This document shows, piece by piece, positions 12,715 to 21,424 of a DNA stretch of 64,000 nt. This DNA comes from an uncultured delta proteobacterium (GTDB lineage: Bacteria > Myxococcota_A > Polyangia > Polyangiales > Polyangiaceae), in NCBI GenBank assembly GCA_963782055.1, contig CAWAIF010000003.1:5856001-5920000 (forward strand). Direction: 5' to 3'. The translations under genes were made by a program, and so were the position numbers. The notes under the pieces were generated by a model that saw only the letters and a list, made by a program, of their open reading frames with translations, had not been told where the DNA came from and did not search any database. Position 1 is the stretch's first letter, and each line of letters opens with the position of its first letter.

Positions 12715-13522
12715 GAGGCGCCTCCAGGTCCCGGAGGACGTCGAGGGCCTGGCGGGTGGCGCGCACGTCGTGGACGCGAAGCAGCTTCGCCCCCTGCCTG
12801 GCCGCGAAGAGGGCGGCGGCGAGGGAGGCGCCCAGGCGGTCCCGCGGTGCGGCGCCGGCGTCCCACCTCTCGAGGAAGGACTTGCGGCTGGCCCCGATCA
12901 TCACCGGGGCGCCGGCGGCCTTCACCACCTCCGCGGTGCGGCGCAGCAGGTCCGCCGAGTGGCGGGCGTTCTTGGCGAAGCCCAGGCCGGGGTCCATCAC
13001 CACGTGGCGCACCCCGCGGGCCCTCGCAGCGTCGGCGCGGTCCCGCCACTCCGAGACGACGTCGTGGACCACGTCGCCGTAGGCGTCGTCCGGCCACTCG
13101 GAGAAGCCCTTCATGGCCTGCTGGGTGGCGCGCGCGTGCATGAGGACCAGCGCCGCGCCGTGGCGGGCGGTCACGTTGGCGAGGGCGGGATCGCGAAGGC
13201 AGGTCACGTCGTTGACGACCGACGCCCCGGCCTCCAGGCAGGTCTCGGCCACCTCGGGGCTGGTGGTGTCGACGGCGACGCAGGCGCGGCGGGCGGCGTG
13301 GCGGACGACCTCCAGCACGCGGGAGAGCTGCTCGGCGGGGGGAACCGGGGTCGCGCCCGGGCGCGTCGACTCGCCGCCCACCTCCACCACATCGGCCCCC
13401 TCATCGACCAGACGATCCACGTGCTGGCAGGCGTCGCGCAGGGAGAGGTGCTCGCCGCCGTCGCTGAAGGAGTCGGGGGTCACGTTACACACGCCCACCA
13501 GGACAACGCCTCGCTTTGCCAC
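12707..13522 (-). CDS. folP: Dihydropteroate synthase
   Basis: NVTPDSFSDGG, VGGESTRPGA, VDT, VVNDV, DPGLGFAK, GASRKSFL, LRVHDV. GTG start at 13522 is inferred. Confidence 0.93.
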   Translation of the reverse strand: MAKRGVVLVGVCNVTPDSFSDGGEHLSLRDACQHVDRLVDEGADVVEVGGESTRPGATPVPPAEQLSRVLEVVRHAARRACVAVDTTSPEVAETCLEAGASVVNDVTCLRDPALANVTARHGAALVLMHARATQQAMKGFSEWPDDAYGDVVHDVVSEWRDRADAARARGVRHVVMDPGLGFAKNARHSADLLRRTAEVVKAAGAPVMIGASRKSFLERWDAGAAPRDRLGASLAAALFAARQGAKLLRVHDVRATRQALDVLRDLEAPRA

Positions 13523-13636
13523 GGCGTTCCCAAGAACGTTCAAGAAAGCACCCACCCGGTCCACGACGCACCTCGATCGACGGCCCCGGCCGCGCAGAAC
13601 CGCCCCGATATGGGCCCGGATCGCGGCTGGAGTCCG

Positions 13637-13682
13637 TTCGGCTTCGGCTTCGGCGTCGCTCTCGGCTTCGGCTCGGCTTCCG
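13637..13682. repeat. Degenerate (TTCGGC)n hexamer tract in the folP/acyl-CoA dehydrogenase divergent intergenic region
   Basis: ttcggc ttcggc ttcggc gtcgct ctcggc ttcggc tcggc ttc read directly from the sequence. Confidence 0.7.
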
Positions 13683-13737
13683 CCCTTCCCGAAAGGCCTA
13701 GCAATAGGAGCGCGTGTGGGCAACATTTCCAGCCGCG

Positions 13738-15468
13738 ATGAGCGAAGAATCCTTCATGAAATCTCTGTTCCACGGGGTCATCGCGGAGGGACTGGTCTTC
13801 CCGTACCCCCAGATGCCCGCGGCGGAGGCCGACAGCCTCAATCTCATGCTGGGGTCCATCCGGAAGTTCTTCGCCGCCAACGTCGACTCCAGGGCGATCG
13901 ACAGGGACGCCGCGATCCCGCCCGCCGTGCTGGAGGGCCTGAAGAAGATGGGCCTGTTCGGCCTGCTGGTCCCCGAGTCGCAGGGAGGGGTGGGCCTGTC
14001 CAACACCGCCTACGCCCGCGTCATCCAGGAGGTCGGGGGCCTGGACGGCTCCCTCGCCGTCACCCTCGGGGCCCACCAGTCCATCGGCTACAAGGGCCTG
14101 CTGCTCTTCGGGACCGACGAGCAGAAGCAGAAGTACCTCCCGAGGCTCGCCACCGGGGAGATGGTGGCCGGCTTCGCCCTGACCGAGCCGGGGGCCGGGA
14201 GCGACGCGGCCTCCATCCAGACACGCGCCGAGCGCCGGGCGGACGGCGACTATGTCCTCAACGGGTCCAAGATTCGGATCACCAACGGCGCCATCGCCGA
14301 CCTCTTCACCGTCTTCGCGCGCACGTCCGCCATGGAAGAGGGCGCCAAGCCGCGGATCACCGCCTTCCTGGTGGAGCGCGCCTTCGGCGTGAAGAACGGG
14401 CCCAGCGAGCACAAGCTGGGCATCCGCGGCAGCTCCACCACCGAGCTCTTCTTCGAGGACGTGGTCGTCCCCAAGGAGAACGTCCTGGGCGAGCCCGGCC
14501 GCGGCTTCAAGGTGGCGATGGAGGTCCTCAACAGCGGGCGCCTGGGCCTCGCCAGCGGGTGCGTGGGCGCGGCCAAGCACCTCATCGCCCTGGCGACCGA
14601 GCGCGTGCAGGAGCGCAAGGCCTTCCACCGGCCCATCGGGGAGTTCGGCCTCATCAAGGACAAGATCGCCCGCATGCTCGCCGAGACGTACGCGCTGGAG
14701 AGCATGACGTACATGACGACCGCCATCATCGACCGCGCGCGCGGCGGCAACCCGAAGGCGGACTACTCGGTGGAGAGCGCCATCTGCAAGGTCTTCGGCT
14801 CGGAGACGCTCTGGCGCGTCGTCAACGAGGCGCTGCAGATCGCCGCGGGCATCGGCTACATGCAGGAGTACCCGTACGAGCGGCACCTGCGCGACGCGCG
14901 CATCAACCTCATCTTCGAGGGGACCAACGAGATCCTTCGCTGCTTCATCGCGCTCTCCGGCATGCAGGGGCCGGGGCAGGCGCTGGCGGAGGTGGCGCGC
15001 GCCCTGCGCGAGCCGATCAAGGGCTTCGGCCTGCTCAGCGACTTCGCCCTGCGCAAGGCGCGCACCGCGCTGGGGCGCGAGCGGCTCACCCACGTCCACC
15101 CGCTCCTCAACCGCGAGGCGCTGGTGTTCGAGGAGTACACCGCTGACCTGGCGCGCAACGTCGAGAAGGTGCTGCGCAAGCACGGCAAGAACATCGCCGA
15201 GATGCAGTTCACCCAGCGGCGCGTGGCGGACGTGGCGATGGACCTCTACGGCATCGCCTGCACGCTCTCGCGAACGACGCACGCGCTGGAGAAGCGCGGG
15301 GAGGAGGGGGCGCGGCGGGAGGTGGACCTGACGACCATCTTCGTCGCGGCGGCGGAGCGACGTCTCTCCGAGACCATCGCCGCCTTCGAGAAGAACGACG
15401 ACGAGCTGCGCAAGGCCATCGCCGAGCGCACGTACGTCGACGGGGGCTACCCCTTCGACATCGTCTGA
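13738..15468 (+). CDS. Acyl-CoA dehydrogenase, VLCAD/ACAD9-like with C-terminal extension
   Basis: AHQSIG, FALTEPGAGSDA, KLGIRGSST, RKAFHRPI.EFGLIKDK, GIGYMQEYPYER.LRDARINLIFEGTNEILR, plus about 170 extra C-terminal residues. Confidence 0.92.
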   Translation: MSEESFMKSLFHGVIAEGLVFPYPQMPAAEADSLNLMLGSIRKFFAANVDSRAIDRDAAIPPAVLEGLKKMGLFGLLVPESQGGVGLSNTAYARVIQEVGGLDGSLAVTLGAHQSIGYKGLLLFGTDEQKQKYLPRLATGEMVAGFALTEPGAGSDAASIQTRAERRADGDYVLNGSKIRITNGAIADLFTVFARTSAMEEGAKPRITAFLVERAFGVKNGPSEHKLGIRGSSTTELFFEDVVVPKENVLGEPGRGFKVAMEVLNSGRLGLASGCVGAAKHLIALATERVQERKAFHRPIGEFGLIKDKIARMLAETYALESMTYMTTAIIDRARGGNPKADYSVESAICKVFGSETLWRVVNEALQIAAGIGYMQEYPYERHLRDARINLIFEGTNEILRCFIALSGMQGPGQALAEVARALREPIKGFGLLSDFALRKARTALGRERLTHVHPLLNREALVFEEYTADLARNVEKVLRKHGKNIAEMQFTQRRVADVAMDLYGIACTLSRTTHALEKRGEEGARREVDLTTIFVAAAERRLSETIAAFEKNDDELRKAIAERTYVDGGYPFDIV

Positions 15469-15469
15469 G

Positions 15470-15499
15470 CCTCACCCCCGCGTCGGCCGGGGGGTGAGG
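15470..15499. terminator. GC-rich hairpin between convergent genes
   Basis: Stem CCTCACCCCC (15470-15479) pairs with GGGGGTGAGG (15490-15499), 10-nt loop, no U-tract. Confidence 0.6.
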
Positions 15500-16126
15500 T
15501 CACTGGCTGCAGAACACGGGGGCGACGGCGAGGAACTTGGAGTGGAAGTCGCTTCCGGAGAGGCAGGCGGCAGGCGCCCCGGTGCACGCGTTCGAGAAGT
15601 CCGACTGGTAGCCCGCGCAACCGGCCTTCGAGGCGGTCGTGGTGCAGTCCGAGTAGCCGTTGTCGGTGCACCAATCGCACGCGGCCACGTAGCACTCGCG
15701 CGCGGCGTTCAGGGCGTAGGCGCAGCTCCCCGGGTCGGCGGTGCCCTCGATCAGGTCGGCGCACCCGACGTCGTTGACCGTGATTAGTGTGCCGTCGTCG
15801 ACGAGCGCTCCCCAGGACGGATCGCTCTGCCGCGTGTACAGGCAGCCGAAGCACGTCGCGTTGGCGCTGGCCCACGTGGAGCAGGCGCCGCCCGGCGCGT
15901 TGGGGTCCAGGCAATTGTCGTAGAAGTTGGAGATCTGCGTCGCGGTGCAGACGTTCTGCGAGTCGTTCGGGGGCGTGATGCCGGGCGGCGAGAACGTGGA
16001 CACGTCGGCTGGCGTGGGGCACGTCACCGGATCGCCCAGGCCGAGCGCCGCGTCGCATCCGACGCCGGAGACGGCGGCGACGCCGAGCGCCACCGCGACC
16101 GCACACGTCACGTGACGGCGCTTCAT
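15500..16126 (-). CDS. Cys-rich lipoprotein of unknown function
   Basis: Start MKRRHVTC overlaps the upstream stop (TGATG); lipobox GVGC; 16 further Cys in about 185 residues. Confidence 0.75.
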   Translation of the reverse strand: MKRRHVTCAVAVALGVAAVSGVGCDAALGLGDPVTCPTPADVSTFSPPGITPPNDSQNVCTATQISNFYDNCLDPNAPGGACSTWASANATCFGCLYTRQSDPSWGALVDDGTLITVNDVGCADLIEGTADPGSCAYALNAARECYVAACDWCTDNGYSDCTTTASKAGCAGYQSDFSNACTGAPAACLSGSDFHSKFLAVAPVFCSQ

Positions 16127-17145
16127 CACCACACCCCCTTCACGAAGGCGCCGGTCGGCGTGAAGCCCACCTTCGCCGAGGCCGACGACGAGGAGCTCGG
16201 CGCGACGAGCCAGAGCGTCAGACCGGCCGCGGCGACGACGCCGCCGGCGATGAAGAGCCCGTTGGCCACGTGGGCGAAGTTCAACGCGTCGCTGAGCGAG
16301 GCGGCGCTGCTGGCGTCGGGGCAGAAGTGGTCGGGATCGCACGAGGCGTCGCCGTTCTTCACGGTCGCGAGGATGCCGAAGACGCCGCCGGCCGCCAGCG
16401 CGGCGGCGCCGACGCTGAGGGTGACGATGCCCACGGTGCCGAGCGCGCTCCCGTGGGCCTTCGGCGGCGGAGGGGTCTTGGGCGTGAGCGGAGCGTGGGT
16501 GCCCTTGCCGGCGCCGGTCTCCCCGGGCGGGGTGGTCTCGCCGCCGGGCGGCGGTGTCGTCTCGGCGACGGGCTCGCCGGGCTCCACCTCCAGGTCCGAC
16601 TGCTGGCCCTCGGCGAGGGTCACGTCGTAGTGCTTGCTGGCGTGCCCCTTCGCCTGGACCTCCACCACGTGCGCGCCGGGGTCGCCCGGGAGCGGCACGC
16701 CCAGCGAGGCGGCGCCGAGCTTCACGCCGTCGCGCACGACCACTGTGTCGGCCGGCGCGCCCGCCGCCAGCCGGATGGTGAGCCTGGGCAGGCGCTTCTC
16801 CAGCGCAGCCAGCCGGCGGGCCGCCTCCGCGTGCAGGGCGTCGTCGCGCTGCTCGGCGGCGCGGTCGCGCGCGCGCACCCAGTGACCGTCGGCGTCGCTC
16901 AGCTTGCCCAGATGCTCCTCGCAGTCGGCCAGGTTCATCAGCGCCTTGGGCTGCGGGTCCAGCCGCACGGCCTCCAGCAAATGCGGAAACGCCTCGTCGT
17001 AATGCCCGGCCTGTTTCAGCTCGTAACCCTGTTTGAGCTGGGCGCGCCCGGCCGCGGGATCGGTCTGGGCGAGCGCCGGCGCGGCGGTGCAGATCAACAG
17101 GAGGGCGACGAGGCCGGCGGCGCGGGTGGCGTGCTCAGGGCGCAT
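16126..17145 (-). CDS. Exported TPR + PEGA-like protein with C-terminal hydrophobic hairpin
   Basis: Signal peptide (ALA-Q); TPR-like helices (ALMNLADCEEHLGK); PEGA-like VVRDGVKLG..DPGAHVVEVQAKG; two hydrophobic segments around a Cys pair; terminal GVW. Confidence 0.75.
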   Translation of the reverse strand: MRPEHATRAAGLVALLLICTAAPALAQTDPAAGRAQLKQGYELKQAGHYDEAFPHLLEAVRLDPQPKALMNLADCEEHLGKLSDADGHWVRARDRAAEQRDDALHAEAARRLAALEKRLPRLTIRLAAGAPADTVVVRDGVKLGAASLGVPLPGDPGAHVVEVQAKGHASKHYDVTLAEGQQSDLEVEPGEPVAETTPPPGGETTPPGETGAGKGTHAPLTPKTPPPPKAHGSALGTVGIVTLSVGAAALAAGGVFGILATVKNGDASCDPDHFCPDASSAASLSDALNFAHVANGLFIAGGVVAAAGLTLWLVAPSSSSSASAKVGFTPTGAFVKGVW

Positions 17146-18724
17146 AGAGATCCGGGTTCGGCTTGTGGGTTGCGGTGGGCTTGGGGGTCGCCGTCGCGGT
17201 GGGGTGCGGCTTCGCGGTGGCGGTCGCCGTCGCGGTGGGGTGCGGCTTCGCGGTGGCGGTCGCCGGCGCGGTGGGATGCGCGGTGACCGCGGGCTTCGGC
17301 GGGTGCGAGGGGGGCGTGGTGGTGTCCACCGGCGGCGCGGAGGCGAGCGGCTGGAGGGGCTGACTGTCTCCCTCGTGGGTCGTCGCGGTCGCCGTCGTCA
17401 CGGCGGAGGGCGCGGGCCCGGCGGCGGCGGAAGCGCCACGCGCGTGGAGCGCGAGCGCAGCGATGCCGCCGCCGACCACCACCGCCAGGAAGAAGCCCAC
17501 CGCGGCGACCACCCACGCCGTGCGCGACGAGGAGGGGACGCCGGCCGGGTACATCGCGCTGGCGCCATAGGTGGCGCCGGAGGTCGTGGAGGGACCGTAC
17601 GGGCCGGGGGCAGCCATGGGCTCGTTGGTCACGGTGACGTTCCCGCTGCCGGTCTGCACGACGGGGATCGCCTGCTGCGGGCCGGTGCCACCGCCGGGCA
17701 GAGCGATCGTGGGCCCGGTGCCGCTCGCCTCCGGCACCCAGACCGACTCCGCGCGCGGAGAGAGCGCGCTCTGCGCGCCGGACTGGACCGCCAGCGGCAG
17801 CGCCGGATCGGAGCCGACCAGGCGTGGCTCGGAGCCGCTCGCGTAGGGCGCGCCGGGGTGGAGGGCGGCGCGCGCCTGCTCCAGCGCGTGCTGCATCGCC
17901 CGCGCGCTGGGCCAGCGGTCGGCGGCGTTGAAGGACAGCGCCTTGTCGATCACCGCGACGATGGGCGGTGGGGCGTCGGGCTTGACCTCCGCGAGCGACC
18001 GCGGCGCGCGCGTCGCCGTGTAGATGAGCATCTCCTCGCCGGTGCGGGCGTCGTGGACGTGCTGGCCCGAGGCGAGGGTGAAGAGGGTGGCGCCCACCGA
18101 CCAGACGTCGGTGCGGGCATCGATCTCGTTGGTGCGCCCGAGCGCCTGCTCCGGCGGCATGAAGGCGGGCGTGCCGATCATGCGGCCGAGCTGCGTGACG
18201 GTGACGCCGGGGGTCTCCAGCAGCCGCGCGATGCCGAAGTCGAGCACCTTGAGCGTGCCCTGACGCGTGATGAGCAGGTTGTCCGGCTTGATGTCGCGGT
18301 GGACGATCCCCTTGTCGTGCGCGGCGCCGAGCGTGTCGAGGACGTCCAGGCCGACCTGCACCACCTCGTGCAGCGGCAGGCTGCCGCCCAAGCGCTCCGC
18401 CCGCGCCTCCACCGTCTCGCCCTCCAGCAGCTCCATCACCAGGAAGACCGAGCCGTCGTCGGTCAGGTCGTCGTCGAGCACCCGCACCGCGCCGGGGTGC
18501 TCCACGCGGTTGGCCACGTAGCCCTCGCGCAGGAACCGGGCGCGGACCTCGGCGTCGAGGGCGAGCGACTCGTGCATGATCTTGACCGCCACGCGGTGGC
18601 CGTTGCGGTGGGTCGCGACGTAGACCGCCGCCATGCCGCCGACGCCGAGCAGCGCATCCAGCCGGTACTTGCCGCGGACGACGCTCCCGATCCGGCTGTT
18701 GGCGCGCGCGGTGACCGCATCCAC
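17135..18724 (-). CDS. Membrane Ser/Thr protein kinase (Hanks type)
   Basis: GVGGMAAV, VAVK, HRDIKPDN, DFG, GTPAFMPPEQ; one TM segment; Pro/Thr-rich tail. GTG start at 18724 is inferred. Confidence 0.92.
   Translation of the reverse strand: MDAVTARANSRIGSVVRGKYRLDALLGVGGMAAVYVATHRNGHRVAVKIMHESLALDAEVRARFLREGYVANRVEHPGAVRVLDDDLTDDGSVFLVMELLEGETVEARAERLGGSLPLHEVVQVGLDVLDTLGAAHDKGIVHRDIKPDNLLITRQGTLKVLDFGIARLLETPGVTVTQLGRMIGTPAFMPPEQALGRTNEIDARTDVWSVGATLFTLASGQHVHDARTGEEMLIYTATRAPRSLAEVKPDAPPPIVAVIDKALSFNAADRWPSARAMQHALEQARAALHPGAPYASGSEPRLVGSDPALPLAVQSGAQSALSPRAESVWVPEASGTGPTIALPGGGTGPQQAIPVVQTGSGNVTVTNEPMAAPGPYGPSTTSGATYGASAMYPAGVPSSSRTAWVVAAVGFFLAVVVGGGIAALALHARGASAAAGPAPSAVTTATATTHEGDSQPLQPLASAPPVDTTTPPSHPPKPAVTAHPTAPATATAKPHPTATATATAKPHPTATATPKPTATHKPNPDLYAP
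17187..17265. repeat. 36-bp tandem repeat (about 2.2 copies) inside the kinase tail, encoding ATAKPHPTATAT
   Basis: gtcgccgtcgcggtggggtgcggcttcgcggtggcg at 17187-17222 and 17223-17258. Confidence 0.85.
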
Positions 18725-18844
18725 CTCTACTGTCCCCTTCCAAGCTCCGCGAAGCCGGGGCTCGCGATCCCGCCATTGGTAGCACACACGCGCCCGCGCC
18801 GGGGCTTTTCGCGACCTTCCCTCCACCCGCGGGCGGGCGCCGCG

Positions 18845-20674
18845 CTAGGCACGGGGCGCTGCCGGGACGGTGAAGTGGAAGGTGCTCCCCTCCCCCACCA
18901 CGCTGTCCACGCTGAGGGTGCCGCCGAGCGCCTCCACCAGGTGCTTGACGATGGAGAGGCCGAGCCCGGTGCCGCCGAGCTCGCGGGAGCGCCCGGTGTC
19001 CACGCGGTAGAATCGCTCGAAGAGACGCGGCAAGTGCTTGGCCTCGATGCCCGGTCCGGTGTCCGCCACCGAGATACGCAGGTGGTGCCCGCCTTCTTCC
19101 CGCGCGCGGACCGTGACCGACGCGCCCGGCGGCGAGTACTTGAGGGCGTTGTCGACCAGGTTGGTCAGGATCTGCTCGAGCGCGCGGCGGTCGGCGCGCG
19201 CGGGGGGCAGGTCGGCTCGCACGTCCGCGGTGAGGCGGATCTTCTTCTTCGCGGCGCGCTCGCGGAACAGCTCCACCACCTGCGCGGCGAAGGCCGGCAC
19301 GTCCACCTCGCCCATGGTGAGGCGCAGCTCCCGCGCCTCGATGCGGGACAGGTCGAGCAGGTCCTCCACCAGCCGCTGGAGTCGCTCCGCGTTGCGCTCG
19401 ATGATGTCCAGGAAGTGCGTGGCCGCCTCCGGGTCCTGCTCCATCGCGAAGCGAAGCGTCTCGGCGGCGGAGCGAACCGCGGTCACCGGCGTCCGCAGCT
19501 CGTGGGACGCGTTCGCGACGAAGTCCTTGCGCATGGACTCCAGACGGCGGATGTCGGTGACGTCGACGAAGACGGCGAGCAGGCCGCCGGGCTCGCCGGC
19601 CAGCGGGACGGCCCGCACCAGCAAGCGGCGCGGGTTCGGCCCGGTGACCTCGATCTCGGCGCTGCGCGTGGACATGGCCGCGACGGCGGTGTCGATGAGC
19701 CGCGCGAGGTCCTCGTTGTCGACGGCGTCCATCGGCGTCTTGCCGGCCGCCTCCGCCGGTAGCACCAGCATGCGGCGCAACGCGTCGTTGACCAGCGCGA
19801 TGCGCCCCTGCGCGTCGAGCAGCAGCACGCCCTCCTGCATGCCGGCGAGCACGCGCGCGACGAAGTCCCGCTCCTGCCGGAGCTGCCGCACCGTGCCGGA
19901 GAGGCTCTCCGAGAGCTCGTCCAGCGAGCTCCCCAGCTCGGCGAGCTCGTCGGTGCCGCCGATGCGCGCGCGCGCGTCGAAGTCGCCGTGCGCCATGGCG
20001 TTGGCGACGCCGGTGAGGTGGCGCATCGCGCGGGCCGTCAGCTGCGCGCTCACCAGCGACATCGCGAGGGCGACCGCCAGCGCCGCCAGGCAGCCGAGGA
20101 GCAGCGCGCCGCGCAGCCGCGCCTGGGCGCGCGCCGCCTCGGCGAGGGGCGCCGCGAGCCGCGTCACGCCGACGACGCGTCCCGCCTTCGTCACCGGGAC
20201 GGCGACGTAGAGCACGCGCGACGGCCCCTCCTGCCGCACGTCGACGCCGGTGTCACCCGCCAGCGCCGCCCGCACCTCCGGGCGACCGGCGAGGCGCTCG
20301 CCGAGCGCGGCGGCCGCGGGGCGCGGCGAGTCCCCGCGCACGACGCCGCCTGCGTCGGTGAGCGTCACCCGCGCGCCCGCCTGCTCGTGCAGATCCGCGG
20401 CCAGCCTCTCCCACGCGGCGGCGTCGGCGGGCGCGGCGAGCCTGACCTGGTCCGCGGCGAGGCCCGCGCGCACCACCAGATCGCGCCGGGCGCGCCCGGT
20501 GAGCAGCGCGTCCAGCGCGGAGGAGAGGTACGCGTGTGCGACGACGGCGGCCACCGCGATGACGCACACCGAGACGAGGAAGAGCCTGGTCCGGACGCCG
20601 AGCCGCGCCAGCGCGCCGCGCGCACCCCGGCGCGGCGCCGCGGGCTCCGCGCGGGCCTCGGCCGCGGCCGCCAC
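18845..20674 (-). CDS. phoR: PhoR-like sensor histidine kinase (2 TM, HAMP, PAS, HisKA, HATPase)
   Basis: DIRRLESMRKDFVANASHELRTP, NLVDNALKYS, DTGPGI, RLFERFYRVD, GGTGLGLSIVKH. Confidence 0.88.
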   Translation of the reverse strand: MAAAAEARAEPAAPRRGARGALARLGVRTRLFLVSVCVIAVAAVVAHAYLSSALDALLTGRARRDLVVRAGLAADQVRLAAPADAAAWERLAADLHEQAGARVTLTDAGGVVRGDSPRPAAAALGERLAGRPEVRAALAGDTGVDVRQEGPSRVLYVAVPVTKAGRVVGVTRLAAPLAEAARAQARLRGALLLGCLAALAVALAMSLVSAQLTARAMRHLTGVANAMAHGDFDARARIGGTDELAELGSSLDELSESLSGTVRQLRQERDFVARVLAGMQEGVLLLDAQGRIALVNDALRRMLVLPAEAAGKTPMDAVDNEDLARLIDTAVAAMSTRSAEIEVTGPNPRRLLVRAVPLAGEPGGLLAVFVDVTDIRRLESMRKDFVANASHELRTPVTAVRSAAETLRFAMEQDPEAATHFLDIIERNAERLQRLVEDLLDLSRIEARELRLTMGEVDVPAFAAQVVELFRERAAKKKIRLTADVRADLPPARADRRALEQILTNLVDNALKYSPPGASVTVRAREEGGHHLRISVADTGPGIEAKHLPRLFERFYRVDTGRSRELGGTGLGLSIVKHLVEALGGTLSVDSVVGEGSTFHFTVPAAPRA

Positions 20675-20677
20675 GAC

Positions 20678-21367
20678 TCAGGCCGTGGCCGGCGCGGTGG
20701 TGAAGCGGTAGCCCACGCCGCGCACCGTCTCGATGAAGTCGCACGCAGGGCCGAGCTTCTCGCGCAGGCGCTTGACGTGCGTGTCCACGGTGCGCGTCGC
20801 GATGTCCGGCGAGACGCCCCACACGTCGTCGAGCAGCGTCGCGCGCGACTGCACGCGATCGCGGCGCTCGTAGAAGGTGAGCAGCAGCTTGAACTCCAGG
20901 GCGGTGAGCTCCACCTCGTTGCCCGAGACCCACACGCGGTGCGCGGTCTTGTCGATGCGCAGGTCCCCGAGCTCCACCACCTCCGGCGGGGGCACGTTGC
21001 CCGTCGCGCGGCGCAGGATCGCCTGCACGCGCAGCAAGAGCTCACGCACGCTGAACGGCTTGACCACGTAGTCGTCGGCGCCGACCTCGAACCCCACCAC
21101 GCGGTCCACCTCCTCGGCGCGGGCGGTGAGCATCAGCACCGGCACGTTGGCGTGCTGGCTGGAGCGCTTGATGGCCTTGCACACCTCCACGCCGGACATG
21201 TCGGGGAGCATGACGTCCAGGATGACCAGCCCGGGCTTCTGGGCGAGCAGACGCAGCGCTTCCTCCCCGCGCTCGGCCGCCAGCACCTGGTGGCCGGCCT
21301 GCCGCAGGTTGAAGGCCAGCACGTCGCGGATGTCCTTCTCGTCCTCCACGATGAGCACTCGAGTCAT
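20678..21367 (-). CDS. phoB: PhoB/OmpR-family response regulator
   Basis: IVEDE, LDVMLP, MLTAR, GADDYVVKPF, RTVDTHVKRLREKLG, ETVRGVGY; RBS AAGGAG; directly upstream of phoR. Confidence 0.88.
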   Translation of the reverse strand: MTRVLIVEDEKDIRDVLAFNLRQAGHQVLAAERGEEALRLLAQKPGLVILDVMLPDMSGVEVCKAIKRSSQHANVPVLMLTARAEEVDRVVGFEVGADDYVVKPFSVRELLLRVQAILRRATGNVPPPEVVELGDLRIDKTAHRVWVSGNEVELTALEFKLLLTFYERRDRVQSRATLLDDVWGVSPDIATRTVDTHVKRLREKLGPACDFIETVRGVGYRFTTAPATA

Positions 21368-21392
21368 GGCCGCTTCTCCTTAGCTACGTCGT

Positions 21393-21409
21393 GTGACAGG
21401 CACGTGAAG
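21393..21409 (-). promoter_or_regulatory. Pho box-like 11-bp direct repeat (CTTCAC-N5-TGTCAC) upstream of phoB
   Basis: Minus strand reads cttcac gtgcc tgtcac: half-sites with 11-bp periodicity ending 25 nt before the phoB ATG. Confidence 0.6.
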
Positions 21410-21424
21410 AAGGAGGGCGCATCT

